A stretch of DNA of 64,000 bases from an uncultured delta proteobacterium (GTDB lineage Bacteria > Myxococcota_A > UBA9160 > SMWR01): assembly GCA_963832165.1 (NCBI GenBank), contig CAWHTE010000002.1, positions 224,001 through 288,000 of the forward strand. Direction: 5' to 3'. Below are positions 31,857-41,683 of this stretch, piece by piece (position 1 is the first letter of the stretch; every line of letters begins with the position of its first letter). The position numbers were made by a program, and so were the translations under genes. The notes below the pieces were generated by a model. It was given only the letters and a program-made list of their open reading frames with translations, was not told the DNA's origin and did no database searches.

Positions 31857-32139
31857 TAGAACGCAATCGCGAGCCGATTTAAATCTTTATTTACGGGGCG
31901 TTGCGCCCCAAGGCGCGGGCGCGGGACCGGCACGCGCCGCGCAGCCGCGGCCGGAAGCCACCGAGATCGCTGCGCTTGCGAAGCGGGGCCGGCGCGCCCG
32001 GAGACCGCGTGCGGGCCCCTTCGCCACCGGCTGCGCCGCGTGCGACACTCATAGGATGGACCGGCGCGAAGATTCTCGGCATCGCGCCGTCCGAATCGAC
32101 CGGAGATGCCTTCGGGCATCGTCGTCGCGAGGTCTCCAG

Positions 32140-34044
32140 ATGAGGGTGCAAAGCTCTTGGTTATCGGTTGCGATATCGCTTCCGCTGTGCGGACTGCTCG
32201 CCCTGGCGCCCAGCATGGCCAGCGCGCTGAAGGCGCCGCCCCAGCTCGGCGATCTCGACGAAGCCGACCGCAACGCGCTCGAGACGATCGCGGGCCACTC
32301 CGAGCCGCTGCGCGATGCGGTGCTGAAGGCCTCGCTGCACGTCGATGCACTGGTCGAGACGCAGCGGATCCAGGAGCAGTCGAGCGCGTCCTTCCAGGAC
32401 CGGATCGGCAAGCTCGACAAGAAGCAGCAGGAGCAGATCTGGGAGATCGTGCGCGAGCCGGGCCTGCTCGACGAGCTCGTCACCGAGAAGGCGCCGAGCG
32501 CCTCCGAGCTCGACGCGATCGCCGAGCGCTACCCCGAGTCGCTCGCGCCCGCGATCCGCACGTCCGGCGCCAAACACCACGACCTGCTCGTCGACGTCGC
32601 GAAGATCCATCGGCGCGCGAGCGAGCGGTTCGATGTCGCGATCACCGACCTCGACCGCGAGACGCAGCAGGCGTTCCGCGATCTCGTCGACCAACCCGAG
32701 CTCATGTCGGTGCTCGTGCGCCGCGTGAACCTCGTCGTGCGACTGGGCGACAGCTATCGCAAGAATCCCAACTCTACGCGGACCTATCTCTCGGATCTCG
32801 CCGCGGACGTCGCGAAGCGCAAAGCCGCCTCCCAGAAGGAGTGGCAGGAGCGGATCGAGAACGATCCCAAGGCGGCTGCGGAGCTCGAGCAGTCGGCTCG
32901 CGATTATGCCGAAGAGAACGGATACGACTACGACGAGCTCACGAGTCCAGAAGCGCGCACGCGACTGACGGTCGTCGTGAATCCGTATCCGTACTGGTAC
33001 GGGTATCCGGCCTGGTACTCGAACGCGTATATCTACCCGTACGGCTATTGGTACCCGTACCCGGTGTACTTCGGCTACTACCACTACTGGGGTGACTACG
33101 TGTGGTGGGGCTGGCCGTCGGTCCCGTACCTGACCTGGTTCTACTGGGGACACCACCACCATCACTACTCGCATCTGCACCACCACTTCCACAACCACCT
33201 CAGCGGCCACCGGTTCGTTCCGAACAACCACAACATCGCGGTCAACAACTTCGTCTCGAGCAGCGATCCGGTGGATCGCCACAGCTCGAACTGGGAACGC
33301 GGGGGCCGCGCGAGCGAGAACTCCCGCGCCGTGAGCTATGCGGGTCGCGACCGCGGCTTCTTCTTCAACCGCGGCAACAACGCACAAGGCGCGGCGCGCG
33401 GACTGCGCAGCGCACCGGGCGAGCGCGGCGCCGCGATCGATGCGCCGCGCGGCAACTCCGGACGTTCCGCCGTGCGCGGCCGCGGTGATGCCGTGCAGCC
33501 GCAGGGCGATACGCGCGGGCGAGGCCAGAGTGCGCGTCCGGACAGCGCGGGGCGCGGTCGCGGGAACGCGCGCAGCGAGCAGCCGGGTCGCGAGATGCAG
33601 CCGCGAGGCAGCGAGCCCGACCGGCAGCCGCAGGACGTGGCGCCGAGCGAGCCGCGAGGTCGCGGGCAGCGCGAGGGCTGGTCGCGTCGCGAGGCGCCGC
33701 AGGCGCGCTCGCAGGGTTCGGGGCGGCGCTTCGAGGCGCCCGCTCAGAGCGACGCGCCGAGTGTCGGACGAGGCGTCGATGCAGGTCCGCGGAGCTTCCG
33801 CGGAAATAGTGGTGTTCGCTCCGGTGGACGCGGCGGTGACGGCGGCGCTTCCTATCGCGGTCACAGCGGCCGTTCCGGTGGCGACGGCGGCAGTTTGCGA
33901 GGTGGTGGTGGCTACAGCGGGGGCCGCGGTGGTGGCTACGGCGGCGGCCAAGGGGGCGGTGGCGGCTTCGGCGGCGGCGGGCGCGGCTTCGGTGGCGGCG
34001 GCTCCGGCGGCGGTCATGGCGGCGGGGGCGGACGCGGTCGCTGA
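32140..34044 (+). CDS. secreted hypothetical protein with Tyr/Trp-rich, His-rich and Arg/Gly-rich low-complexity tail
   Basis: Signal peptide, helical N-domain, YPYWYGYPAW segment, HHHHHYSHLHHHFHNH, RGG/GGGG tail. Confidence 0.8.
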   Translation: MRVQSSWLSVAISLPLCGLLALAPSMASALKAPPQLGDLDEADRNALETIAGHSEPLRDAVLKASLHVDALVETQRIQEQSSASFQDRIGKLDKKQQEQIWEIVREPGLLDELVTEKAPSASELDAIAERYPESLAPAIRTSGAKHHDLLVDVAKIHRRASERFDVAITDLDRETQQAFRDLVDQPELMSVLVRRVNLVVRLGDSYRKNPNSTRTYLSDLAADVAKRKAASQKEWQERIENDPKAAAELEQSARDYAEENGYDYDELTSPEARTRLTVVVNPYPYWYGYPAWYSNAYIYPYGYWYPYPVYFGYYHYWGDYVWWGWPSVPYLTWFYWGHHHHHYSHLHHHFHNHLSGHRFVPNNHNIAVNNFVSSSDPVDRHSSNWERGGRASENSRAVSYAGRDRGFFFNRGNNAQGAARGLRSAPGERGAAIDAPRGNSGRSAVRGRGDAVQPQGDTRGRGQSARPDSAGRGRGNARSEQPGREMQPRGSEPDRQPQDVAPSEPRGRGQREGWSRREAPQARSQGSGRRFEAPAQSDAPSVGRGVDAGPRSFRGNSGVRSGGRGGDGGASYRGHSGRSGGDGGSLRGGGGYSGGRGGGYGGGQGGGGGFGGGGRGFGGGGSGGGHGGGGGRGR

Positions 34045-34119
34045 CGCGCGATCCCCATCGAGAGGCGGTGCGCGCGTCGCAACGGCACTCTCGATGTGAG
34101 CTGGTAGCATGAGCGCCTG

Positions 34120-35943
34120 GTGATGCCCCGAGGCTCGTCGGCGCGCGCGCGGCGACACCTAGCGCTCCTCGTCGGAGTGGCGTGGGTAGCGCTCCATTAT
34201 TGGATCTTCAGCGCGTTCTTTCCGACCCGCGCCGGCATGCTCGGGTTCGACTACGGCTACTTCCTGCCCCATCTGCTCGATGGGGAATACTGGCGAATCG
34301 CGAACGGTGTGTTCTCGATTCCCTGGTTCACGCCCGCGTTCTGCGGCGGAATTCCCAAGTTCGCCAATCCGCAGTCGCTCTACTTCTCCGCACCACAGCT
34401 GTTCGTGTCTCTGGCCGATCCGGTCGTCGCGTTGCGACTCACGCTGCTCGTGTTTGCGGGGCTCGGTCACTGGGGCTTCTACCTGTTCCAGCGGCGGCTG
34501 TTCGGAATCTCCCGGCCGATCGCGATGCTGGGCGCAGCGCTGTTCCTGTTCAACACCCACTTCTCTTCACGGATGCTGATCGGCCACCTCACGTTCCACA
34601 GCTTCATGCTGGTCCCATTCGTCCCACTCTGGCTCTTTGGCAGGGGCGGTGATTCCGCTCGCGCGCGCTGTCTGGAGATCGCGGGCGTCGCCTGCGTGCT
34701 CGCATATCTCGCGAGTGCTTCGATCGCACACGTACTGTTCCAGGGTTTGCTGATCACCGCGATCGCAGGTCTGCTCCAGATGGCGATCGCTCCCGATCGC
34801 TGTCGGCCGGGTCGAGCGCTGGTGCGCGCAGGAGCTGCTGCGCCGCTGGCGGTCGCGCTGTGCGCGGCGCAGCTCGTCGCGATGGAGGCGTTCCTCGGGG
34901 GCTTCCCGCGTTCTCAGTATCCGCTCGCCTCGGTGGCCTCGGTTCCGGATCTCGCGAGGCTCGTGTTCCGCGTGCTCTTCTTCGACCCGCCGTCGCAGGA
35001 GGCGATCGATGCGCTTCTCACCAACGCGCTCTGGACGTTCGCGCGCCACGAATTCGAGTTCGGCGTGAGCGTCGTGCCGCTCGCACTGATTGCGATTGCC
35101 GCGGTGTGTCGGAAAGCCGAGCGAAGTCCACTGCTGCCGTCTGGGCTGTGGCGTGGATACCGGGGAGCCAGCCTGGCTGGCGCGGTGTTTCTGCTCGTGA
35201 TTCCCCTCGCGCTCAACTTCTACCAACCCGCCTGGCATGCGTGGCTCAAGTCGCTGCCGCTGTTTGCGAGCAGCTCGACGCTCTTGCGGTGGTTGTCCGT
35301 CTACGTGCCGATCGCGATTCTCGCCGGCAGTGTCGCGGCCGAGTCGAGCGCGGCGCTGCGCAGACGGCGCTGGTGGGTGCTCGCGATCGGCTCTGGCGCG
35401 CTCGTTGCCAACCTCTGGCGGACCGATCGCGGGTTCTACGAGCAACAGAGCTACGACCCCGCCCCGATCGTCGCGGCATTCTCGGACGCTCGTCGACCCG
35501 GCTTCGCGCCCGCCATTCACGCCAACGAGTATCCGCGCGCGTTCGACGGGCCCGCGCCGGTTCGCAACAACGTACTCGTCCACGGGGCGTCGCAGATCGC
35601 CTGCTATGAGACGCTGTTCGGCTTTCAATTCGAGAAACTGCCGAAGGGACTGCTGCGCGAAGCGCCGGTTTTGGAGCTGCAAAGCGGCGCATTCAATCTG
35701 CTCGATCCGGCCTGCTTCCTGTTCCCCAGCGAGAACGGCTGCATGCCGGGCGAGCCGTTCTTCGCCGACCGCCGCGCCGATGTCGAGGCGTTCACATCGT
35801 ATCGGCCGTTCCCCTTCGCGATGCCGCGGAGCCAGCGGATCGCCAATGCGGTGAATGTCGTTGCGCTGATCGGAGTGGGAGCCGGGCTCGCGCTGCACGC
35901 GCTCGATCGCATGCTGCGGTGGGCAGTGCGGGCCGTTCGGTAG
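34120..35943 (+). CDS. polytopic membrane protein (YfhO / GT-C glycosyltransferase-like)
   Basis: FDYGYF, IPWFTPAFCGGIPKFANPQ first loop, many TM helices. Confidence 0.65.
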   Translation: MMPRGSSARARRHLALLVGVAWVALHYWIFSAFFPTRAGMLGFDYGYFLPHLLDGEYWRIANGVFSIPWFTPAFCGGIPKFANPQSLYFSAPQLFVSLADPVVALRLTLLVFAGLGHWGFYLFQRRLFGISRPIAMLGAALFLFNTHFSSRMLIGHLTFHSFMLVPFVPLWLFGRGGDSARARCLEIAGVACVLAYLASASIAHVLFQGLLITAIAGLLQMAIAPDRCRPGRALVRAGAAAPLAVALCAAQLVAMEAFLGGFPRSQYPLASVASVPDLARLVFRVLFFDPPSQEAIDALLTNALWTFARHEFEFGVSVVPLALIAIAAVCRKAERSPLLPSGLWRGYRGASLAGAVFLLVIPLALNFYQPAWHAWLKSLPLFASSSTLLRWLSVYVPIAILAGSVAAESSAALRRRRWWVLAIGSGALVANLWRTDRGFYEQQSYDPAPIVAAFSDARRPGFAPAIHANEYPRAFDGPAPVRNNVLVHGASQIACYETLFGFQFEKLPKGLLREAPVLELQSGAFNLLDPACFLFPSENGCMPGEPFFADRRADVEAFTSYRPFPFAMPRSQRIANAVNVVALIGVGAGLALHALDRMLRWAVRAVR

Positions 35944-35954
35944 GATTCCGCGGC

Positions 35955-37250
35955 GTGTCCACGCTACCCGCCGCGCGCACCCCGACACTGCCGCTCGCAA
36001 TTCGCGCCGCGAATCGCGCGGCGAGGTGGGTGCGCGCGATCGGCGTCGAGCCCGTGCGGCTCTCCGAGCAGAGCTTGATCCGCGAAGCAGTGCGCGCGAC
36101 GGGCTGCGACGATTTCGGTCCGGAGCCGTTCCTCGCTCCGATGCGCCGTGTGCTGGATTCGCTCGAGAACGAGGCGCGCCTCTCCTTTCTCGGGCGCACG
36201 ATCGCGCGCAACGAGCTCGTGCGCGTGCTGCGCAACCGGCTCGGGCTCGTTGCGGCGCGCCGCGCCCATCCCGAGATCGAGCGCGTGCAGGTTCACCAGC
36301 CGATCGTGGTGGTCGGACTTCCGCGCACGGGCTCGACGATCCTGCACGACATTCTCGCGCGCGATCCCGCGCATCGCGCGCCGCTCACCTGGGAGTGCAA
36401 CGAGCCGTGCCCGGCACCCGAGGCGAGCACGTACGAGACCGATCCGCGCATCGCGAAGAGCGACGCCGAGCTCGCGGGCGTCGACCGGCTGATCCCGGGG
36501 TTCAAGTCGATGCACCCGATGGGCGCACGACTTGCCCAGGAGTGCGTTGTCTTGATGCAGCAGACGATGTGCAGCGTGTTGTTCCACAACGAGTACCGCG
36601 TACCCAGCTATCAGGATTGGCTCGACGATCCCGCGTTCGACTGGCGGCCCGTGTACGCGTTCCATCGCGAGCAGCTCCAGCACCTGCAGTGGCGCTGCGC
36701 TCGCGAGCGCTGGGTGCTCAAGACCGGCGCCCACATGTGGAGCCTCGACGCGCTGCTCGCGACCTATCCGAACGCGTGCGTGGTGCAGACCCATCGCGAC
36801 CCCGTGAAGGTCGCCACTTCCTACGCGAGCCTCACGACGCTCGTGCGCGCGATGTCGAGCGAGGCCGTCGATGCGTTCGAGGTGGCCGCCGACTGGACTC
36901 CGCGGCTCGCGCGCGCGCTCGAGCGCGCGATCGATGTACGCGACTCGGGGAGCCTCCCGGCCGAGCGGTTCCACGACGTGCACTTCCGCGCGCTGCTCGC
37001 GGACCCGATGAAGGTCGTCGAGGGGATCTACGGCCACTTCGGAATCGAGCTCAGCGGAGTCGCCGCCGATCGGATGCGCTCCTTCATCTCGGAGAATCCC
37101 CAGGGCAAGCACGGCGTGCACCACTACGCGCCCGCAGAGTACGGTCTCGATGTCGGTACCGAGCGCGAGCGCTTCGCGCGCTACACCACGCGCTTCGCGA
37201 TCGAGCCCGAGCCCGACGGTCCCATCGCGGGGCGCGTGCGCGACCTGTAG
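35955..37250 (+). CDS. sulfotransferase family protein
   Basis: VVGLPRTGSTILH PAPS-binding motif, WVLKT, QTHRDP. Confidence 0.92.
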   Translation: MSTLPAARTPTLPLAIRAANRAARWVRAIGVEPVRLSEQSLIREAVRATGCDDFGPEPFLAPMRRVLDSLENEARLSFLGRTIARNELVRVLRNRLGLVAARRAHPEIERVQVHQPIVVVGLPRTGSTILHDILARDPAHRAPLTWECNEPCPAPEASTYETDPRIAKSDAELAGVDRLIPGFKSMHPMGARLAQECVVLMQQTMCSVLFHNEYRVPSYQDWLDDPAFDWRPVYAFHREQLQHLQWRCARERWVLKTGAHMWSLDALLATYPNACVVQTHRDPVKVATSYASLTTLVRAMSSEAVDAFEVAADWTPRLARALERAIDVRDSGSLPAERFHDVHFRALLADPMKVVEGIYGHFGIELSGVAADRMRSFISENPQGKHGVHHYAPAEYGLDVGTERERFARYTTRFAIEPEPDGPIAGRVRDL

Positions 37251-37253
37251 GGC

Positions 37254-38705
37254 CTAGGGCAACGGCAGTGGCAGCAGGTCGCCGCAGATATCGCTGAGCA
37301 GCGGCTGGCCGATCGTGAGGCCCGAGAGGTCTTCGACCACGGCGGCGAGCTGCAAGAAGGCGTCTTCCGCCGCCTGCTCGATCGGATCACCCACCAGCGT
37401 GCCCTCGAGCACCTCGCCGTCGCACGGGCAGCTCTGGACCAGCGAGCGCGGCAGCACGTCGACGATCCCGGCCGCGTCGAGGCGCGGAGGCTTCGAGAGA
37501 TTGAGCAGCGATCCGATGTTGCGCGCATAGCGGTCGCGCGTGGTCAGGTAGCGGCCGCCCAGGAATAGCGACTCGATGTAGCGCAGGATCGAGCAGTGCT
37601 CGAAGAACACCGAGTTGTCGACGATCTGTGAGGCGAGCCTTCCGCGCCGCGCGTAGGGCGATACCAGGATGCACGGCACGCGGAAGCCGAGCTGTCCAAA
37701 GTCGTTCTCGCCGGCCGGATCGCTCGGCGTGCCGCGCACGTCGGCGGCGCGCGGCGGGGCCACGTGATCGAAGAAGCCGCCCCACTCGTCGTAGGTGATG
37801 AACAGCGCCGTTCGCGGCCAGAGCGGCGACTGGAGCACCGACTTGACCACGTTGTGGACGAACGCCTGCCCCGCGCGCACGTCGCTGTGGGGGTGCTCGT
37901 CCGTGCGCAGTCCGCCCATGAAGCCCGGGTCGACGAACGTGACGTTCGGCAGCGTTCCCAGCGCGAGATCCAGGAACAGATTCTCGATGTGATGGGCGCC
38001 GCTCACGTTCTTGGCGCCCCAGAGCCCGATCGCGGGCAGATCGACGAAGTAGTAGCCCCAGGGCACGCCGTTGGCGTTGCAGAGATCCCAGATCGTCGGC
38101 CACGTGAAGCCGGTTTCGTTTCCGGGGAGCTCGGTGGGCAGCGCGTTGGTCTTGAGGCCGCCCGACTGCGCCGAGTGCATGTACTCGCGATTCGGGAACG
38201 TGGGGCCCATGAGCGCGCAGAAATAGTTGTCGCAGACCGTGAACTCGCGCGCGAGCGCGGTGTAGAAGTCGAGGTCGCCCTCGTCGTAGTAGCCGATCGC
38301 GAACTCGTCGTTGCCGCCGGACAGGAATCCGTGCACGAGCTCGCGGCGTCCTCCGTTCCAACCGTGGTCGGGGTCGGGGTGACCGCAGCCGCGATAGTCG
38401 CCGGGTACGAGATGATGCGTCGCGACAGGCTGGTTGGAGTTGGGATGCGACGGATCCTCGGGGTGATCGAGGAACACCTGGTGCTGCGTTCCGGTGCGCC
38501 AGCCGAAATAATGGTCGAACGAGCGGTTCTCCATCATCAGCACGATCACGTGATCGATCGGCCCCGTCGCGAGACGAAGATCGAGCCCGAACGGCGGCGC
38601 GAACGCCGATGCGCGCCGCGCGGGCCATCCCGCGAACGCGCCCGCAGAGGCGGCGCCCGCAGTGAGCGCGGACTTCACGAGAAAGTCGCGGCGGTTCAGC
38701 GGCAT
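37254..38705 (-). CDS. Tat-exported phosphoesterase (phospholipase C / acid phosphatase family)
   Basis: NRRDFL Tat motif, HVIVLMMENRSFDHYFG, GPTFPNR, TYDEWGGFFDHV, GFRVP. Confidence 0.92.
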   Translation of the reverse strand: MPLNRRDFLVKSALTAGAASAGAFAGWPARRASAFAPPFGLDLRLATGPIDHVIVLMMENRSFDHYFGWRTGTQHQVFLDHPEDPSHPNSNQPVATHHLVPGDYRGCGHPDPDHGWNGGRRELVHGFLSGGNDEFAIGYYDEGDLDFYTALAREFTVCDNYFCALMGPTFPNREYMHSAQSGGLKTNALPTELPGNETGFTWPTIWDLCNANGVPWGYYFVDLPAIGLWGAKNVSGAHHIENLFLDLALGTLPNVTFVDPGFMGGLRTDEHPHSDVRAGQAFVHNVVKSVLQSPLWPRTALFITYDEWGGFFDHVAPPRAADVRGTPSDPAGENDFGQLGFRVPCILVSPYARRGRLASQIVDNSVFFEHCSILRYIESLFLGGRYLTTRDRYARNIGSLLNLSKPPRLDAAGIVDVLPRSLVQSCPCDGEVLEGTLVGDPIEQAAEDAFLQLAAVVEDLSGLTIGQPLLSDICGDLLPLPLP

Positions 38706-38779
38706 CGCGTCCTCCTGAAGGCTGTGGCATCGAGTGGCGCCGCATCCTATCAAGCCCGGAAACGCGGGGTCTAGTAGGT

Positions 38780-40042
38780 CTAGTGAACGGCGGGACTCTG
38801 GCACGGGTCCGCCGGAAGCGCTCCTGGCTCGGCGATCCGGATGATTTGAGTGCCTAACCCTGCGATTCGCGCGCGCACGCGATCGCCCGGCGCGAGATAG
38901 CCGCCCGGCTCGCGGGCTGCCGCGCGCGCGAGCTCCTCCTGCCGGAACTGCTCGAACGGACCGCGCAGGCGCAGTGCGCCGCGCGCGACGAGCCCGATCG
39001 GGTCGGGTGTGGCGAGCGCAACACCAGCGGGTGTACCTGTGAGGACGACGCTGCCCGCGGGAAGACGAGGAGCGGCCGCGTCGATCGCGAGTGGGTAATG
39101 GCGCGTCGTGCCATCGCGCACGACAGGCATCTCGCTGTGCACGCCCTTGTCGCGCACCTGTTCGGCGATGCGCGCGAGCAGCGCGACGGGATCGAGCAGC
39201 AACAGTTCGGTGTTCGCGTCCTGGCGCAGCTCGAAGCCCTCGCCCGCGTCGACCTCGAGCCGGAGCGGCAGCCCGCGGCCACCGCACGCGGCGACCGCTG
39301 CGAACAGCTCGCGTCCGCGCACGAGCCACGGCCCCGTCGGCAGGAAGCCGGGCTGGCCCTTCGCCTCGACGAAGCCGGTGCCGGGCCCCGTGATCGTGGC
39401 GTTGCGGATGATCGCCTCGCGGTCGGTCACGTCGTTCGCCACGAAGAACGCGCTGCGCTCGAGGAGGGCGTCCGTGTCGGGCAGCGGGTCGAGCGCGACA
39501 TCGTCGAGCAGAACGAAGCCCAGCTCGACTTCGTAGTCGAGCAGGGTGACACCAAGCGGTGGCGACACCACGCCGTACGGTGCGGTAGGCGCGGCGGGCT
39601 TCGGGAACACGAACACGTCGCCGCCACCCGCCTCCTCGGCGTGTCCCGCATAGTTGAGTCCGGCCGCCACCACGACGCGCTGCTCCGCGTCGAGCTCGGC
39701 CTGCAAGAGCGGGACGGGAGCGCAGACGCGGGCCGACACCTGATCGGGAGGAATCGCGAACGTCACTGCGTCGCGTTGCAGCGGTTGGCTCGCGTGCTCG
39801 AGAACTCGCGCGAGCGGGCCATCGCTCGCGAGCGGGGCCACACGGCTCGGTGCGCCGCCCGCGGCTTCGAGCACTCGCGCCCAGCCGATCTCGCCAGCCG
39901 GAGAGCGCACGCGCGCGACGCGCGGCAGCGGCTGCTCGTCGAGACAGCGCAAGAGATCGCTCGCGCCCGCGGCGGCGGGCCGCGGCGCCGCGAGGAGCAG
40001 CGCGATCGCGATCGCTCGCGGGGGGAGCAGGCGCCACTGCAT
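38780..40042 (-). CDS. fumarylacetoacetate hydrolase family protein with predicted signal peptide
   Basis: AGLNYAGHAEE, VFPKP, LDYEVELG, ANDVTDR, VLTGTPAGVA. Confidence 0.88.
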   Translation of the reverse strand: MQWRLLPPRAIAIALLLAAPRPAAAGASDLLRCLDEQPLPRVARVRSPAGEIGWARVLEAAGGAPSRVAPLASDGPLARVLEHASQPLQRDAVTFAIPPDQVSARVCAPVPLLQAELDAEQRVVVAAGLNYAGHAEEAGGGDVFVFPKPAAPTAPYGVVSPPLGVTLLDYEVELGFVLLDDVALDPLPDTDALLERSAFFVANDVTDREAIIRNATITGPGTGFVEAKGQPGFLPTGPWLVRGRELFAAVAACGGRGLPLRLEVDAGEGFELRQDANTELLLLDPVALLARIAEQVRDKGVHSEMPVVRDGTTRHYPLAIDAAAPRLPAGSVVLTGTPAGVALATPDPIGLVARGALRLRGPFEQFRQEELARAAAREPGGYLAPGDRVRARIAGLGTQIIRIAEPGALPADPCQSPAVH

Positions 40043-40110
40043 CGAGACCTCCCGGATCGAGATCGTGCCGCGCCACTGTGGCACATCCGATCCGGGTTAC
40101 GCTCGGGCTG

Positions 40111-41421
40111 ATGACCCCGGATACCGCCCGCGCACGACACTGGTCGCGCCGCGCATTCCTGAAGAATACCGCGGCACTCGGGGTCGCAGGTCTGGCGAGT
40201 CCGCTCGCGGCGTCGCGCGCGCGCGCCGACGCGGGTTGTCTCGAGGAGATCGGCGCGCTCCAGGCTCCCGACGCGAATGGCCTGATGTTGCCCCCGGGCT
40301 TCAGCTCGCGCGTCGTGGCGACGAGTGGCCAGCTCGTGACGGGTACGGCGCACGTCTGGCATACGGATCCCGATGGCGGCGCGACCTTCGAGACTGCGAG
40401 CGGCGGCTGGATCTACGTCTCCAACTGCGAGGGAGATTTCGGAACGGGTGGCGTCGGCGCGATCGAGTTCGCAGCCGATGGCTCGATCCTCGCCGCCTAT
40501 TCGATCCACACGGGCAGCTCGCGCAACTGCGCCGGCGGGCCGACACCGTGGGGCACCTGGCTCACGTGCGAAGAGGTGAGCGCGGGACGCGTGTTCGAGT
40601 GCGACCCGTTCGCGCCGGGGTCCATCGGCGTCGCGCGGCCGGCGCTCGGCACCTTCAACCACGAGGCCGCGGCGGTCGCACCCGCGGTGCAGCGCGTGTT
40701 CCTGACCGAGGACCGCATCGACGGCCGGCTCTATCGCTTCACTCCCGCGAGCTATCCGAGCCTCGCCGCGGGAGCCCTCGAAGTGGCGCAGATCCTCGAT
40801 CCCGACGGGCAGGGCGCGATCCAGCCGGGTCAGCTGCGACCGGTCGCGTGGCACGTCGTGCCGAACCCGAACCCGAGCGGCGGCGAGACCGCCACGCGCT
40901 ACCAGGTGCCCGCGTCCACAGAGTTGAACGGTGGCGAGGGCTGCTGGCATGGCGGCGGCCTCGTCCACTTCTCGACCAAGGGCGATCAGCGCGTCTGGGA
41001 GCTCGACCCCGCTCTCGACACCATCCGCATCCTCTACGATTACGCCACCGCGAGCACACCCGTTCTCACCGACGTCGACAATGTCTACACAACTCCGTGT
41101 GGAGACGTTCTCGCGGCGGAGGACGGGGGCAATCTCGAGCTCGTCGCGCTCACGCCGGGCGGACTCGCGCTGCCGATCGTGCGCCTCGCGGGCGTCCCGG
41201 GCACCGAGATCACGGGCCCGGCGCTCTCGCCGGACGGCCGCCGGCTCTACTTCAGCTCGCAGCGCAACCCCGGCGTCACGTTCGAGGTGATGGGACCGTT
41301 CACGGCGCCGCCGATCCCGTCGATCCGCGGCCCGTGGGCGCTGTTGTTGCTAGGCGCGCTCGGCGCCGCGGCGCTGCGCGAGTGGCGCGGGCCCCACCAG
41401 CGCTCGGAGATCCCAGAGTAG
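40111..41421 (+). CDS. phoX: Tat-exported PhoX-family alkaline phosphatase (DUF839) with C-terminal anchor
   Basis: SRRAFLK Tat motif, NCAGGPTPWGTWLTCEE, FNHEA, GGEG, DN, AED, EITGP. Confidence 0.88.
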   Translation: MTPDTARARHWSRRAFLKNTAALGVAGLASPLAASRARADAGCLEEIGALQAPDANGLMLPPGFSSRVVATSGQLVTGTAHVWHTDPDGGATFETASGGWIYVSNCEGDFGTGGVGAIEFAADGSILAAYSIHTGSSRNCAGGPTPWGTWLTCEEVSAGRVFECDPFAPGSIGVARPALGTFNHEAAAVAPAVQRVFLTEDRIDGRLYRFTPASYPSLAAGALEVAQILDPDGQGAIQPGQLRPVAWHVVPNPNPSGGETATRYQVPASTELNGGEGCWHGGGLVHFSTKGDQRVWELDPALDTIRILYDYATASTPVLTDVDNVYTTPCGDVLAAEDGGNLELVALTPGGLALPIVRLAGVPGTEITGPALSPDGRRLYFSSQRNPGVTFEVMGPFTAPPIPSIRGPWALLLLGALGAAALREWRGPHQRSEIPE

Positions 41422-41588
41422 GGGATCGCGATGTCCGAACCGAGTAGGCCCGAGTAGCGCCTACTGTGCGGTGAAGACCGCGCTGCACACCCGGTCCGCA
41501 GTGCGCCCGGCATCCGACAGAATCGGGATCAGGCCCGCGCCGCGACCGGTCGCTCGCGCGCGCATCGGCCTGGCGAATTCCCGGAGGA

Positions 41589-41604
41589 AGTGACCGAGAT
41601 CACA
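41589..41604 (+). promoter_or_regulatory. CRP/FNR-family-like site
   Basis: AGTGA-CCGAGA-TCACA (9/10 to TGTGA-N6-TCACA), 80 nt upstream of the ATG at 41684. Confidence 0.4.
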
Positions 41605-41683
41605 CGAAAGCCCTCAAGAATTCGACGCAGCGCGTCGAAACACCCCACGGCTGCCTCACCTCGCGCGCCGACGGAAACACCCG

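Noticed and set aside
41614..41641. Sigma28-like promoter TCAAG...GTCGAAAC
   Set aside because: Spacing is one base off and the match is weak; equally explained by an inverted repeat.
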